53,727 nucleotides of DNA from an uncultured Candidatus Saccharibacteria bacterium (GCA_964586065.1 CAZPFW010000002.1:1-53727); one strand, 5' to 3'; positions 28,941-38,830 are shown, counted from the stretch's first letter. Numbers and translations: made by a program. Notes: a model not told the origin generated them from the letters alone.

Positions 28941-29578
28941 TCAATTCTTATCAGCTTTTAATCTATTGATCTCGTTTTTGATTTCATCAATTACTTCAAG
29001 GTTATGAATCATTTTATCTTTACCTTTGGTTATTGAGATGATATAGAATACTTTTCCGCCATATCTTGCATTAAATTTCTCATGAGTCTTTTTTTGTTGC
29101 TCTCGTTCATTGATTATTTGAGTAATATATTCATACCCAGCAGGTTTTATCTGAAGGCCAATATATTTCCCATTTATTTTAATAAAATAATCAACATTAT
29201 AACCTCTATCCCATTCATCAGGAGCAGGCTCTATCTTCACTCTAAGTTTTCTTTCAAGTTGGCCGTAGATTGTTTGGATTTCTGATTGATAACCGTCAAA
29301 AGTTCTGTTAATCACCAGATTGTAGACAAAGTTTATACAATCTTTCTCGGTTATGTCTTCTATTTCAGCCTTGCAAACATCAGTGACCTTAATAAACAAA
29401 ACTTTCCCAAGCTGTTCAAGATGCTCTTTTGAATAAGCTTTTTCCAAATAAAATTCCTCCCAATCTTTTAGGGACTTGGGAGCACATTTTCTTATTAATT
29501 CTGCAACCGGACCAACCTTTTTTTCCTGGTTAGACCCCATCTCATATTAGCTTGATTTAGAATCCATTCTTTGGCCAT
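28941..29578 (-). pseudogene. MjaI-family type II restriction endonuclease, frameshifted at an A7 tract (29518-29524)
   Basis: ATG 29578 lies 1 nt after the MTase stop; frame 0 stops after 27 aa; the -1 frame carries the rest, including the VDY..GLQIKP PD-(D/E)xK-like motif. Confidence 0.7.
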
Positions 29579-29579
29579 A

Positions 29580-30866
29580 TTATTGTTGCATTAGATTTAA
29601 AAACTTTAATTTATATTTATAGTCAAAACTATTATCAACATCAACTAATCCATTTTTTATCAAGTGAGCATTGATAAAAGTTTTATTTTGTAGATACAGA
29701 TAGCAAAATAAGTTGTTCTTATTATCATATTTTCTCTCATCAAACTTGATGAAAACTCGCTTGTTCTCCAATTTAGATTGGAGAAACTTAGTTGCTCTAT
29801 CTGTCATCTCTTTCTTCGCCTTAACCCCGATTAATCTGATTGTCAAATCATTACTTAACAACAATCTCTCGGGATTTATAATCTGTTTTACGGAATATAA
29901 ATCAATTCTTTCATTATTTGTAGAATCAATCTTCGAGCCAAATCTTAATTTTTTGGGATCAACTTTTCTATTAAATTTTATCGGGTCCTTAAAAATATAA
30001 GGTGATTCCAATATTTTGCTTTTGTAATCAGTCTTTTCATCTTTTCGCTCAATAATTTCAAACGTTGTTTCTCTCAATAACTCTTTTTGATCCAAACCTA
30101 TCTTTCTTTTTATTATCGGTAGAAATTTTTTATTTATTTCATAGCCAACAGAATGACGATCTAAATTTTTAGCTACGAGAGTTGTTGTACCACTGCCTAA
30201 AAATGGATCTAAGACGGTGTCGCCAACAAAGCTGAACATTTTTATGAGTCGTTTTGGTAATTCTTCCGGAAACATGGCTAAATGTTTGTCTTGTTTTGCC
30301 CCACTGAAGTTCCAGTGTCCGGTAAAATACTGATTCCATTCATCTTTAGACATTTTAGATTTTTCTTTTATCTCTCTTGACACCGCTGGTGCACTCCCCA
30401 ATTTTCTAAAAATTAAAATGAACTCGTAGTCAAGTTTGATTATTCCATTTCTCGGATATGGAAAACTACCCATTATGGTTGCTCCACCAGTTGTGTTCAT
30501 TGTTGTAGTTTTTTGCCAAATAATCGCTCCCATATAATCAAAACCTATGGTTTCACAAAACTTTATAATTTCAGTTCTAATAGGGATGATTTTATAACGT
30601 CCATAATAGACGGAGCGAGCAAATTGATCACCAATATTTATGCAGAGACGACAACCGTCATTCAGAACTCTGTAAGATTCTTCCCAAACCAAATTAAGAT
30701 TATTGATATATTCTTCATAGCTATCATTAAAGCCGATTTGGGAGTAATTGCCATAATCTTTCAATTGCCAATATGGTGGTGAAGTAACGATAAGATGAAC
30801 GGACTTATCTTTTAATTCCGCCATACTTCTTGAGTCACCGATTATGATCTTATGATTAGTCTCCAT
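29580..30866 (-). CDS. Beta-class N4-cytosine/N6-adenine DNA methyltransferase with a C-terminal thermonuclease(SNase)-like domain
   Basis: TSPPY precedes DPFLGSGTT; C-terminal IRLIGV...YLYL..FINAHLIKNGL. Confidence 0.88.
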   Translation of the reverse strand: METNHKIIIGDSRSMAELKDKSVHLIVTSPPYWQLKDYGNYSQIGFNDSYEEYINNLNLVWEESYRVLNDGCRLCINIGDQFARSVYYGRYKIIPIRTEIIKFCETIGFDYMGAIIWQKTTTMNTTGGATIMGSFPYPRNGIIKLDYEFILIFRKLGSAPAVSREIKEKSKMSKDEWNQYFTGHWNFSGAKQDKHLAMFPEELPKRLIKMFSFVGDTVLDPFLGSGTTTLVAKNLDRHSVGYEINKKFLPIIKRKIGLDQKELLRETTFEIIERKDEKTDYKSKILESPYIFKDPIKFNRKVDPKKLRFGSKIDSTNNERIDLYSVKQIINPERLLLSNDLTIRLIGVKAKKEMTDRATKFLQSKLENKRVFIKFDERKYDNKNNLFCYLYLQNKTFINAHLIKNGLVDVDNSFDYKYKLKFLNLMQQ

Positions 30867-31015
30867 AATTATCTATCTCATCAAATCTTAGTTTGTTCAT
30901 TCAAGTAATATAGTATAATTGTATCAGAATATGCCAAAAGGAGAAAGCCAGCGCCTTTCTTATGGTATAGAGAAGGATTTTAGAAATAATTATAGATAGA
31001 AACTCTTTAAACCAG

Positions 31016-31086
31016 CTGCCGGGCTAGGACTCGAACCTAGATTAACGGAGCCAGAATCCGTCGTCCTACCATTAGACGACCCGGCA
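31016..31086 (-). tRNA. tRNA-Gln(CUG)
   Basis: Acceptor TGCCGGG/CCCGGCA, anticodon stem ACGGA-TTCTGGC-TCCGT, T-loop TTCGA; no encoded CCA. Confidence 0.93.
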
Positions 31087-31088
31087 AT

Positions 31089-31994
31089 TTAAACTTTCAA
31101 ATATTTAACTACGGCTATCAAACTTGATGCAACCGCAAGGAAAATCGCAACCCCGAAGTGAATTATAATCAAAGGTTTTATCTCCAAGAGAAGATATCCA
31201 TCAAGATTCAGTCCCGGTACAAGAGTGGTAATTCTTTCTCCAAAAACGAGGACCGTTGCAGCCAAAGTGATAAGGCTCGCTGTTATTCCGGCAATTCCCG
31301 TAATTATTCCTTGAAAAACGAAAGATGAAACCAGATAATTCCTTGAAACTCCGACCAACCTCATGACAGAAACCTCCTCTCTCATACTGCAGATAGCCAT
31401 TCTTATGACGTTAAAAACTATCAAAACAGATGTGACAGCCATAACGACCGCCAAAACCAATCCCACTTTTCCGATCGTCTCTGCTATATTAAACACACCT
31501 TCAATTATCGTCTTTCTCTGATCATAGTCCACTTTCTCAAAAAAGAGATTCGAAGGACTTTGATCAAGAGCAGCTACCACCATCTCATATCCTTCATGAC
31601 TGTCGGATATTATGCTCAAAGATGATTGAAAAGGATTTCCAACTTCCGCCAAAGCAGCCATTAAAACAGCATTGTCACTGTGTCGAGATATGAAGTTTTC
31701 CAAAGCTTTTTGCTTTGACGTATAATCAACAGATTTAACATAATCAAGTTCCAAAAGATCCTCTCTCACCATCAAGACCGTCTCTTCGTCAACTCCGTCT
31801 TTAAAATAGACGCTAACACTGATCTTATCTTTAACATCAGTTGAAACGTCTTCGCCAAAGTCTTTGGCAATAAGAGCAAATGTTAAAAACAGAAGCGTAA
31901 TCGCAATGGTAAAAACCGCCACCAGTGACAGTCCTAAATTACGAGTGAAATTTATCCAAGCAGATTTTAGAGATCGCTTAAGTGTAATAATCAT
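31089..31994 (-). CDS. ftsX: Cell division permease FtsX
   Basis: Four TM segments with an extracellular loop; REEVSVMRLVG; follows ftsE. Confidence 0.88.
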   Translation of the reverse strand: MIITLKRSLKSAWINFTRNLGLSLVAVFTIAITLLFLTFALIAKDFGEDVSTDVKDKISVSVYFKDGVDEETVLMVREDLLELDYVKSVDYTSKQKALENFISRHSDNAVLMAALAEVGNPFQSSLSIISDSHEGYEMVVAALDQSPSNLFFEKVDYDQRKTIIEGVFNIAETIGKVGLVLAVVMAVTSVLIVFNVIRMAICSMREEVSVMRLVGVSRNYLVSSFVFQGIITGIAGITASLITLAATVLVFGERITTLVPGLNLDGYLLLEIKPLIIIHFGVAIFLAVASSLIAVVKYLKV

Positions 31995-31998
31995 CTTA

Positions 31999-32694
31999 TT
32001 ATAATCTGAATTTTCCAGAAAGCTCGTCTCTTACCACCTTTCCGTTATCCAGAGTTATTACTCTTCTGTTTAATTTATTAATCACATCTTTATCGTGAGT
32101 AGCAAGAATAATCGTAGTTCCCGCTTTGTTAATCTCCAACAACAAGTTGATTATATCCATTGTATAATAGGGATCAACATTACCGGTCGGCTCATCAGCG
32201 AGAATCAGATCGGGCTTACAAATCAAAGCTCGGGCAATAGCAACTCTCTGCTGCTCTCCTCCCGAGAGCTCTCCCGGAAAATGATAAGCTTTAGCAGAGA
32301 CTCCGACAATTTCCAAGAGATCGGGAATGTTTCTTGATATCTCGTCATCCGGCATTCCCAACGCTTCCATTATGGATGATATGTTTTCGTAAACATTTTT
32401 ATTTGGAAGCAAGTTATAATTTTGGAAAATCATTCCTATTCTCCTTCTAAGTTTATGAATGTTTCCTGCGTTGTATTCCGATATGTCTTTTTCATCAAAG
32501 AATATCTTTCCTTCAGTCAACTTTTCCTCACCCAATATCAACCGAAAAATCGTGGTTTTTCCAGAACCTGACTTACCGGTAATAGAAACAAACTCTCCTT
32601 TTTCCACCTTGAAAGAGATATCGTCTAAAACAACATTCTCTTTTTTAGCCAAGTGTGCCGGATATCTTTTTGTAACTTTATCAAAAAAAATCAT
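31999..32694 (-). CDS. ftsE: Cell division ABC ATPase FtsE
   Basis: [24 protein letters not shown]. Confidence 0.88.
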   Translation of the reverse strand: MIFFDKVTKRYPAHLAKKENVVLDDISFKVEKGEFVSITGKSGSGKTTIFRLILGEEKLTEGKIFFDEKDISEYNAGNIHKLRRRIGMIFQNYNLLPNKNVYENISSIMEALGMPDDEISRNIPDLLEIVGVSAKAYHFPGELSGGEQQRVAIARALICKPDLILADEPTGNVDPYYTMDIINLLLEINKAGTTIILATHDKDVINKLNRRVITLDNGKVVRDELSGKFRL

Positions 32695-32697
32695 CTT

Positions 32698-33802
32698 TTA
32701 TCTCTTATTTTCTATATCGAGCCTTATTCCCGACTTGATGAAGAGATCAAGGTCTCCATCAAGAACGGCTTCAATTTGTGAAGTTTCCACCCCGGTCCTC
32801 AAATCTTTTACCATTTTATAAGGATGAAGTACATACGACCTTATCTGATTCCCCCATCCAACCGAGACTTTCTCTCCTCTTACCTTACTTAACTCGGCAT
32901 CTCTCTCCTCTTCTCTCAATCTCGCCAATTTGGATGCAAGAATACTCATCGCTTTATCTTTGTTCATCGCTTGATGCCTCTCATTTTGAGATGAAGCGGT
33001 TAAGCCCGTTGGAAGATGAGTAACTCTTATCGCAGTCTCACGCTTGTTCACGTTTTGACCTCCCGGACCCGACGCTTTGTAAGTATCAACCTTTATCTCA
33101 CCGATCGGTATCTCCGTCTTTTGATCTTTAAAATCAATTTCGGGGATAACGTCCACTTTAGCAAAAGAAGTGTGCCTTAACTTCTTTGAAGAAAACGGTG
33201 AGATTCTGACTAACCGATGAACCCCTTTTTCCGATCTTAATGTTCCAAAAGCCCAATCTCCTTTCACTTCAAAGGTGACTTCTTTTATGCCGACTCTCCC
33301 GTCAGGTCCTCCCCCTTCGCCAAAAGACTCTTCCACAATTCTCACATCATACCCTTTTGATACAAGATATTTCTGATACATTCTCAACAAGATCGCCACC
33401 CAATCTTGAGCATCTTGTCCTCCGGCTCCTGAAAATATCTGTAAAATAGCATTTCTTTTATCATACTTACCAGACATGAAAGCTCTATTCTCAACTTCAA
33501 CGATCTTATCTAAAAGATCGGTCATCTGATTCTCAACTCCTTCCAAGTTTAGCTCGGCCAACTCTTTTATGTCCAAGAAATCTCTCTGAAGCATCTCCAT
33601 TTGACCAACTTCATCTTTAAGATCGGAAATCTCTTTACTGATAGAAGTGGCTTGTTCTATATCATCCCAAAAACCGTCTTGGGCCTGTTTTTTCTCAAGG
33701 ATCTCTATTCTCTCTTTACTTTTTTTGACATCAAAGACGCTCCTCCAAGAAGAGGAGCTTTTCTGCTATTACTTTGATTTCTTCCTTTACTTCTTCTTTC
33801 AT
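32698..33802 (-). CDS. prfB: Peptide chain release factor 2 with programmed +1 frameshift (about 367 aa; ATGs at 33811 and 33814 are also in frame)
   Basis: SPF and GGQ motifs; CTT TGA at 33736-33731 with an SD-like AGGAG 3 nt upstream. Confidence 0.93.
33731..33746 (-). promoter_or_regulatory. RF2 autoregulatory frameshift site
   Basis: GGAGGAGCGTCTTTGA(T). Confidence 0.9.
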
Positions 33803-33843
33803 AAACTTCATCATAACTTAAAGAATATCTAAAAACAAGTATG

Positions 33844-33915
33844 AGCCAGAGGGGAGATTTGAACTCCCGACCTACGGTTTACGAAACCGTTGCTCTGCCT
33901 CTGAGCTACTCTGGC
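33844..33915 (-). tRNA. tRNA-Thr(CGU)
   Basis: GCCAGAG/CTCTGGC acceptor; ACGGT-TTCGTAA-ACCGT anticodon arm. Confidence 0.93.
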
Positions 33916-33923
33916 ATTTAACA

Positions 33924-33994
33924 AGCGGGTGAGGAGAATCGAACTCCCGTCTCAACCTTGGGAAGGTTGCATTCTGCCATTAAACCACACCCGC
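33924..33994 (-). tRNA. tRNA-Gly(CCC)
   Basis: GCGGGTG/CACCCGC acceptor; CAACC-TTCCCAA-GGTTG anticodon arm. Confidence 0.93.
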
Positions 33995-33995
33995 A

Positions 33996-34367
33996 TCAAT
34001 CTTTTTTAAAGAAATCCCACCAACTTTTAGCTTCTTCTTTCTTCTCATCTTTTACATCCTCTTTCTTGGGAAACGTGATAAAGATAACTTCTTCTCCCGG
34101 CTTTTTAAGAAGCAATTGCTCTCGAGCTATCTTTTCAAGCAAAAAGTCATCATCGACTTCATCGGGAAATCTGTCCGAGTTAATCATTTTCTCTTTCAAA
34201 AGATTAATCTCTATCTCTTTCTCGGAAATATATTGTTGCAACTCAACGCGCCTCTTATAGGCTCGATAATTGGAAATGGCTAACGCCACGACAAAGAAGA
34301 GTATAAGTAATGTCACTAGTGATGCCAAAGCAGGACTGGGATCGGGCTTTATTCTCTTCTTTTTCAT
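33996..34367 (-). CDS. Septum formation initiator (FtsB/DivIC family)
   Basis: TM, coiled coil, LEKIAREQLLLKKPGE motif. Confidence 0.8.
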   Translation of the reverse strand: MKKKRIKPDPSPALASLVTLLILFFVVALAISNYRAYKRRVELQQYISEKEIEINLLKEKMINSDRFPDEVDDDFLLEKIAREQLLLKKPGEEVIFITFPKKEDVKDEKKEEAKSWWDFFKKD

Positions 34368-34390
34368 GATTTGATAATAGCCTTTATCTT

Positions 34391-36169
34391 CTATTCTTTA
34401 AAGACATTGAAAAAGACCTCCGAAGGAACCCTGACCCTCCCCATTCTCTCTTGAAGTTTTTTCTTCCCTTTCTTCTGCTTCTCCAAAAGCTTCCTTTTAC
34501 GAGTCACGTCACCGCCATAGAGAGAAGCCGTCACATCTTTTCTTTGAGCTTTCACCGTCTCTCTTGCGATGATTTTGCCATCCACTCTTGCTTGAAGCGC
34601 CAGCGCGAATTGTTGGCGAGGAAGAAGCTCTTTCAATTTCTCAACCATTCTCCTTCCTTCAGGATAAGCGTCTTTCTTTGAAACTATTTGAGAAAACACT
34701 TCCTCAACATTGCCTCCGATCAAGATTTCTAACTTGGTAAGATCTCCTTCTCGAAATTCCGCTATTTCGTAATTGAAAGAAGCGTATCCTTGCGTCACAC
34801 TCTTTATCTTGTCGTGAAAACCCGAGATTATCTCTCTCAATGGGGTTTGATAAACGATAACCGTACGATCTCCTTTGAGATATCTGTTCTCAACCAAGTA
34901 GCCTCCCATATTTCCCAAAAGTTCCATGATCTTTCCGATATATGAAGGTGGAGCCACGACCTCCAATACAGCCCATGGTTCAAGAGCCGACTTTATCAAT
35001 GAAGACTCGGGCCAATCGGCCGGAGACATTATAGTCACTTCTTCTCCCTTATTATCTATTATCTTGTAAACAGTCGACGGAGATGTGATTACCAATTCAA
35101 GCTCAAACTCACGGCGCAATCTCTCCGAGATTATCTCGGCGTGAAGCGATCCCAGAAATCCGCATCTGAATCCTCTGCCCAAGACTTCTCTGAACTCCGG
35201 CTCAAAAGTGAGTGCCGGATCGGTCAACTTTATCTTTTCCAAGACATCTCTCAAAACTCCGAATTGATCCGTATCTTCAGGGTAAAAACTGACAAAGACG
35301 ACCGGGTTCAACTCTTTGTATCCGGGTAACGGAATCGCATTCTTGTCGTCGGCTTTGACGATGGTATCTCCAACTCTGATGATACCCGCTTCTTTTATTC
35401 CCGTTGCGATATAGCCAATCTCACCCTCTTTCAAATCGTCTTGAGGAGAAAAGGCCGGTGTGAAATATCCAATCTCTTTGGCATCACCGTCTCTCTTTGT
35501 CGCACTGAGAAATATCTTTTCATTTCTCTTGACTGATCCGCTCATAAGACGACAATAAGCGATGACGCCCTTGAAAGAATCATATTTGGAATCAAATATC
35601 AATGCTTTGAAAGAACCAGATTTAGACTGCGGAGCTGGAATGTCCTCAATGACTCTTTCTAAAACTTTATCAACGTTCAAGTTTTTCTTGGCTGATATCT
35701 TCAATATTTTATCCCTGTCAACTTTTAGTAAGTCAGCCAAGCTGTCAACCGTCTCTTCAATCATAGCATTGGGCAAATCAATCTTGTTAACTACCGGAAT
35801 GATAACCAGGTTTTGTTTATTAGCAAGATCAAGATTGGCCAATGTTTGAGCTTGAATTCCTTTGGTTGCGTCAACTAACAAGACGACTCCCTCTACAGCA
35901 GCCAATGAACGAGATACTTCATAAGAAAAGTCGACGTGCCCCGGAGTATCTATCATATTTATAACATAATTTTGACCTCCGAAAGAGTAATTCATCCTGA
36001 CCGGCTGAAGCTTAATCGTTATCCCGCGCTCTCTTTCAAGATCCATCATGTCTAAAAACTGCTCTTTCATCTTGTCCGCTGAAATAGTTCCCGTAATCTC
36101 TATCAAGCGATCGGCCAAAGTTGATTTTCCGTGATCAACATGTGAAATTATTGAAAAATTCCTTATCAT
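34391..36169 (-). CDS. lepA: Elongation factor 4
   Basis: HVDHGKSTLADR, DTPGHVDF, YGGDVTRKRKLL. Confidence 0.97.
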   Translation of the reverse strand: MIRNFSIISHVDHGKSTLADRLIEITGTISADKMKEQFLDMMDLERERGITIKLQPVRMNYSFGGQNYVINMIDTPGHVDFSYEVSRSLAAVEGVVLLVDATKGIQAQTLANLDLANKQNLVIIPVVNKIDLPNAMIEETVDSLADLLKVDRDKILKISAKKNLNVDKVLERVIEDIPAPQSKSGSFKALIFDSKYDSFKGVIAYCRLMSGSVKRNEKIFLSATKRDGDAKEIGYFTPAFSPQDDLKEGEIGYIATGIKEAGIIRVGDTIVKADDKNAIPLPGYKELNPVVFVSFYPEDTDQFGVLRDVLEKIKLTDPALTFEPEFREVLGRGFRCGFLGSLHAEIISERLRREFELELVITSPSTVYKIIDNKGEEVTIMSPADWPESSLIKSALEPWAVLEVVAPPSYIGKIMELLGNMGGYLVENRYLKGDRTVIVYQTPLREIISGFHDKIKSVTQGYASFNYEIAEFREGDLTKLEILIGGNVEEVFSQIVSKKDAYPEGRRMVEKLKELLPRQQFALALQARVDGKIIARETVKAQRKDVTASLYGGDVTRKRKLLEKQKKGKKKLQERMGRVRVPSEVFFNVFKE

Positions 36170-37806
36170 TCTTTTCTGAGATTAAGCTGTCTTAACAACG
36201 CTTTCAACTCATCTGAGTCGAGAAGATACAATGTGGCCAAATAGGTAAAAACTCCCAAAGAAGATGCGAGAGCCAGTTGAATAAAGACCGCTTTGAATGT
36301 CGTCAATTGAACAAAGAAGACCGCCACTCTTAAGGAGATATATGTAACTAAGGCCATAACGATCGTTCCTGTTATCGTCTTTACCAATGAAATTCCGATT
36401 TTCTTCAGCGGGAAAGAATCTATTTTTTTTCTCAAAAAGTGACTTAGGAAGATAAACTGAAAAAATGTCGCTATAGATAAGGCTGCGGCCAATCCGATGA
36501 TTCTGATATCCTCAATTCCCGACAATTTCAATGATGATAATGCAAATTGATGAAAAATCGTATCTTTGTTTAAAAGCGAAATAAAAAGAAAAGAGAGTGC
36601 GATGTTAAAGCCGATGGAGACAACGCTGATGATGGCGGGAGTTTTCGTATCTTGAAACGAAAAAAAGACCCTTACTATAAGAGGTAGAAGTGAAGCGAAT
36701 ATCATGGCTAAAGTAAATATTCCAAGAGTCGCAGCAGTAAGTCTCGTTTCAGTCCAACCGAATTCTCCGGTTCCCAATGTCAACCTAACTATCTGCGCTC
36801 TTAAAATAAATATCATCGCGCTCGCCGGAATCATAATGAAAAGAATCTGCCTGACCGTTGAAAAAAAATCATCGATAAATCGTTTCATATCTCCATTGGC
36901 GAGTGATCGAGAAAAACTCGGGAACGCCGCTGTCGCAAATGATGTACCGATTATCGCTACCGGAAACAGATAAAGATTATTGGCAAAATTAAAAAGAGCT
37001 ATACTTCCAGCAGTCAGAAGCGAACCGATTGCCGTAATCACGATAAGATTCAGTTGAGAAGACGCTTGGCTTATCATCCGAGGACCAATCAATTTGATAA
37101 CTTTGGCAAATTCAGGATCCTTTAATTTAAATCTAAAACGATAGCGATATCCCGAACTTACAGCCGGAGGTATCTGAATACCCAAATGCATCAAGGCTCC
37201 GATTACGACTCCCCAAGCGACCCCGCAAATCGGCTCTTGGAAAAAATCCGATAAGAAGAGTATTCCGAAAATGATTCCGACATTGTAAAGGATCGGAGCA
37301 ATGGCATAAGCGAAGAACCTATCAAAGTGTTGAAGAATTCCCGAAAAGATTGCCGATATCGCAAAAATTATCGGGCTGACAAACATTATTCGTGCCAGAT
37401 TTATCGTTAATTCTTTTTGAGCTCCCGAGAACCCGGGAGCGATAACAGAGACGAGTTGAGGAGCAAAAATCCAAGTAAAGATTGATATGACAACCAAAAA
37501 GATAAACGAAATATTTATCATATTGTTTGCCAAATCCCAAGCTCGATCTTCTTTCTTTTGAAAGTTTTGTGAAAAAAGCGGTAAAAAAGAGACTATGATT
37601 CCACCAGTGATAATTGTGGCCGATATCAGATCGGGTATCCTGAAAGCGGCAAAATAGCTATCCAATGTGAAACCAACGTCAAACTTTCCGGCAAGCAATC
37701 TCATCTTCAAAACTCCGAGCAATCCGCTGACAAGTGTCGATAATCCAACAATCACGGCGGCAAGAGTTATTGTTCTTGCTTTGGAGTTAAGTATCTTTTC
37801 TACCAT
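36166..37806 (-). CDS. murJ: Lipid II flippase MurJ
   Basis: AAFRIPD motif; multi-TM MOP-family pattern. Confidence 0.92.
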   Translation of the reverse strand: MVEKILNSKARTITLAAVIVGLSTLVSGLLGVLKMRLLAGKFDVGFTLDSYFAAFRIPDLISATIITGGIIVSFLPLFSQNFQKKEDRAWDLANNMINISFIFLVVISIFTWIFAPQLVSVIAPGFSGAQKELTINLARIMFVSPIIFAISAIFSGILQHFDRFFAYAIAPILYNVGIIFGILFLSDFFQEPICGVAWGVVIGALMHLGIQIPPAVSSGYRYRFRFKLKDPEFAKVIKLIGPRMISQASSQLNLIVITAIGSLLTAGSIALFNFANNLYLFPVAIIGTSFATAAFPSFSRSLANGDMKRFIDDFFSTVRQILFIMIPASAMIFILRAQIVRLTLGTGEFGWTETRLTAATLGIFTLAMIFASLLPLIVRVFFSFQDTKTPAIISVVSIGFNIALSFLFISLLNKDTIFHQFALSSLKLSGIEDIRIIGLAAALSIATFFQFIFLSHFLRKKIDSFPLKKIGISLVKTITGTIVMALVTYISLRVAVFFVQLTTFKAVFIQLALASSLGVFTYLATLYLLDSDELKALLRQLNLRKE

Positions 37807-37822
37807 CGTTGATATAATTAAA

Positions 37823-38192
37823 AGCCCAAAGGGATAGTAAGCCGAATTCTGTGCCCCTTCTCTTGAGAAGAGGTGGTGATCATTTATCTGTCTTATCCGT
37901 TACCGGATAAGATCAAGCGAACCACTTTTTCTTCATCTAAGATGAAGTTTGTTCTTGCACTCGGCAAGGATTTGGCCGTTTCACCTCCAATGTTACCATT
38001 GGAACTAACCCGATAATCGGGTTCCTTTGACTTTTCAGTCTCAGGCGTCTCTGTTCGCACCTCTATCTCGCCAAAGCGAGACGACGGGTGTTACCCGCTG
38101 CCCTTTTATCTTACATGATCGTAAGAGAGTGTTCGGACTTTCCTCTTTCTTTGAAAAAATCAAAAAAAGCGATCACCTTACCCCCTTGGGCT
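37823..38192 (-). ncRNA. rnpB: RNase P RNA
   Basis: GAGGAAAGTCC and ACAGAATTCGGCTTA P4 signatures; terminal P1 AGCCCAAGGGGGTA/TATCCCTTTGGGCT. Confidence 0.92.
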
Positions 38193-38198
38193 ATTAGC

Positions 38199-38226
38199 AT
38201 AGTAACAAAAAAGGTCGTTTTGTCAA
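38199..38226 (-). promoter_or_regulatory. Promoter for rnpB
   Basis: TTGACA-16 nt-TACTAT with an extended TG; predicted start near 38192. Confidence 0.6.
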
Positions 38227-38230
38227 TGAT

Positions 38231-38259
38231 TTGACAATTGATGAAAAGTGAAGTATAGT
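38231..38259 (+). promoter_or_regulatory. Promoter for rlpA
   Basis: TTGACA-17 nt-TATAGT; SD AAGGAGG before the TTG start. Confidence 0.7.
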
Positions 38260-38300
38260 ACAAATCAGTTCGTTGAAAATAAAAAAAGGAGGCGGTTTCA

Positions 38301-38825
38301 TTGACTAAAAAAGCTATTTTTCTTTTTCTCTTTTTAGCACCGATTCTTCTATCTGCTCCCGAAGATTGTTCAAAAGACAATTATATCGTTGAAAAGGTAG
38401 AAGCACCGATTATACTCGAAAGAGAGCAAGAAAAAGCATTGGAAATCAAACTTGAAGAAGAGCCGGTTGAGACGCCGGTTATCGATACTTCTACCGATGT
38501 TTCTGTTAAAACCCCCACTAATGATTCTCAAATTCAAGAAGGAGTTGCTTCTTGGTACGGTTCTTCCTTTCATGGGAAAAAGACGGCCAGCGGAGAGATC
38601 TATAATATGCATGATCTGACTGCGGCTCACAGAGATTTGAAGTTTGGGACAATGGTGAGAGTGACTCATTCAAGAAGCGGCAGATATGTTGATGTAAAGA
38701 TAAACGACAGAGGTCCTTACACCAAGGGAAGGATAATTGATTTGTCGGCTCAAGCGGCTCAACAGATTGGAATACAGAGTGAAGGAGTGGCTAAAGTGAA
38801 AGTTGAAGTTATAGAGACGCCGTAA
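38301..38825 (+). CDS. rlpA: RlpA-like septal lytic transglycosylase (DPBB domain); the only supported plus-strand CDS
   Basis: GVASWYG, TAAH, INDRGP, RIIDLS. Confidence 0.88.
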   Translation: MTKKAIFLFLFLAPILLSAPEDCSKDNYIVEKVEAPIILEREQEKALEIKLEEEPVETPVIDTSTDVSVKTPTNDSQIQEGVASWYGSSFHGKKTASGEIYNMHDLTAAHRDLKFGTMVRVTHSRSGRYVDVKINDRGPYTKGRIIDLSAQAAQQIGIQSEGVAKVKVEVIETP

Positions 38826-38830
38826 CCTAA

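Noticed and set aside
28941-30866. Assigning CTAG specificity to the R-M system from the MjaI family name
   Set aside because: Family membership does not fix specificity; site depletion cannot be counted reliably by eye and needs methylome data.
32698-33802. prfB as a pseudogene or truncated gene
   Set aside because: The break is the well-known programmed +1 frameshift (SD-3 nt-CTT TGA).
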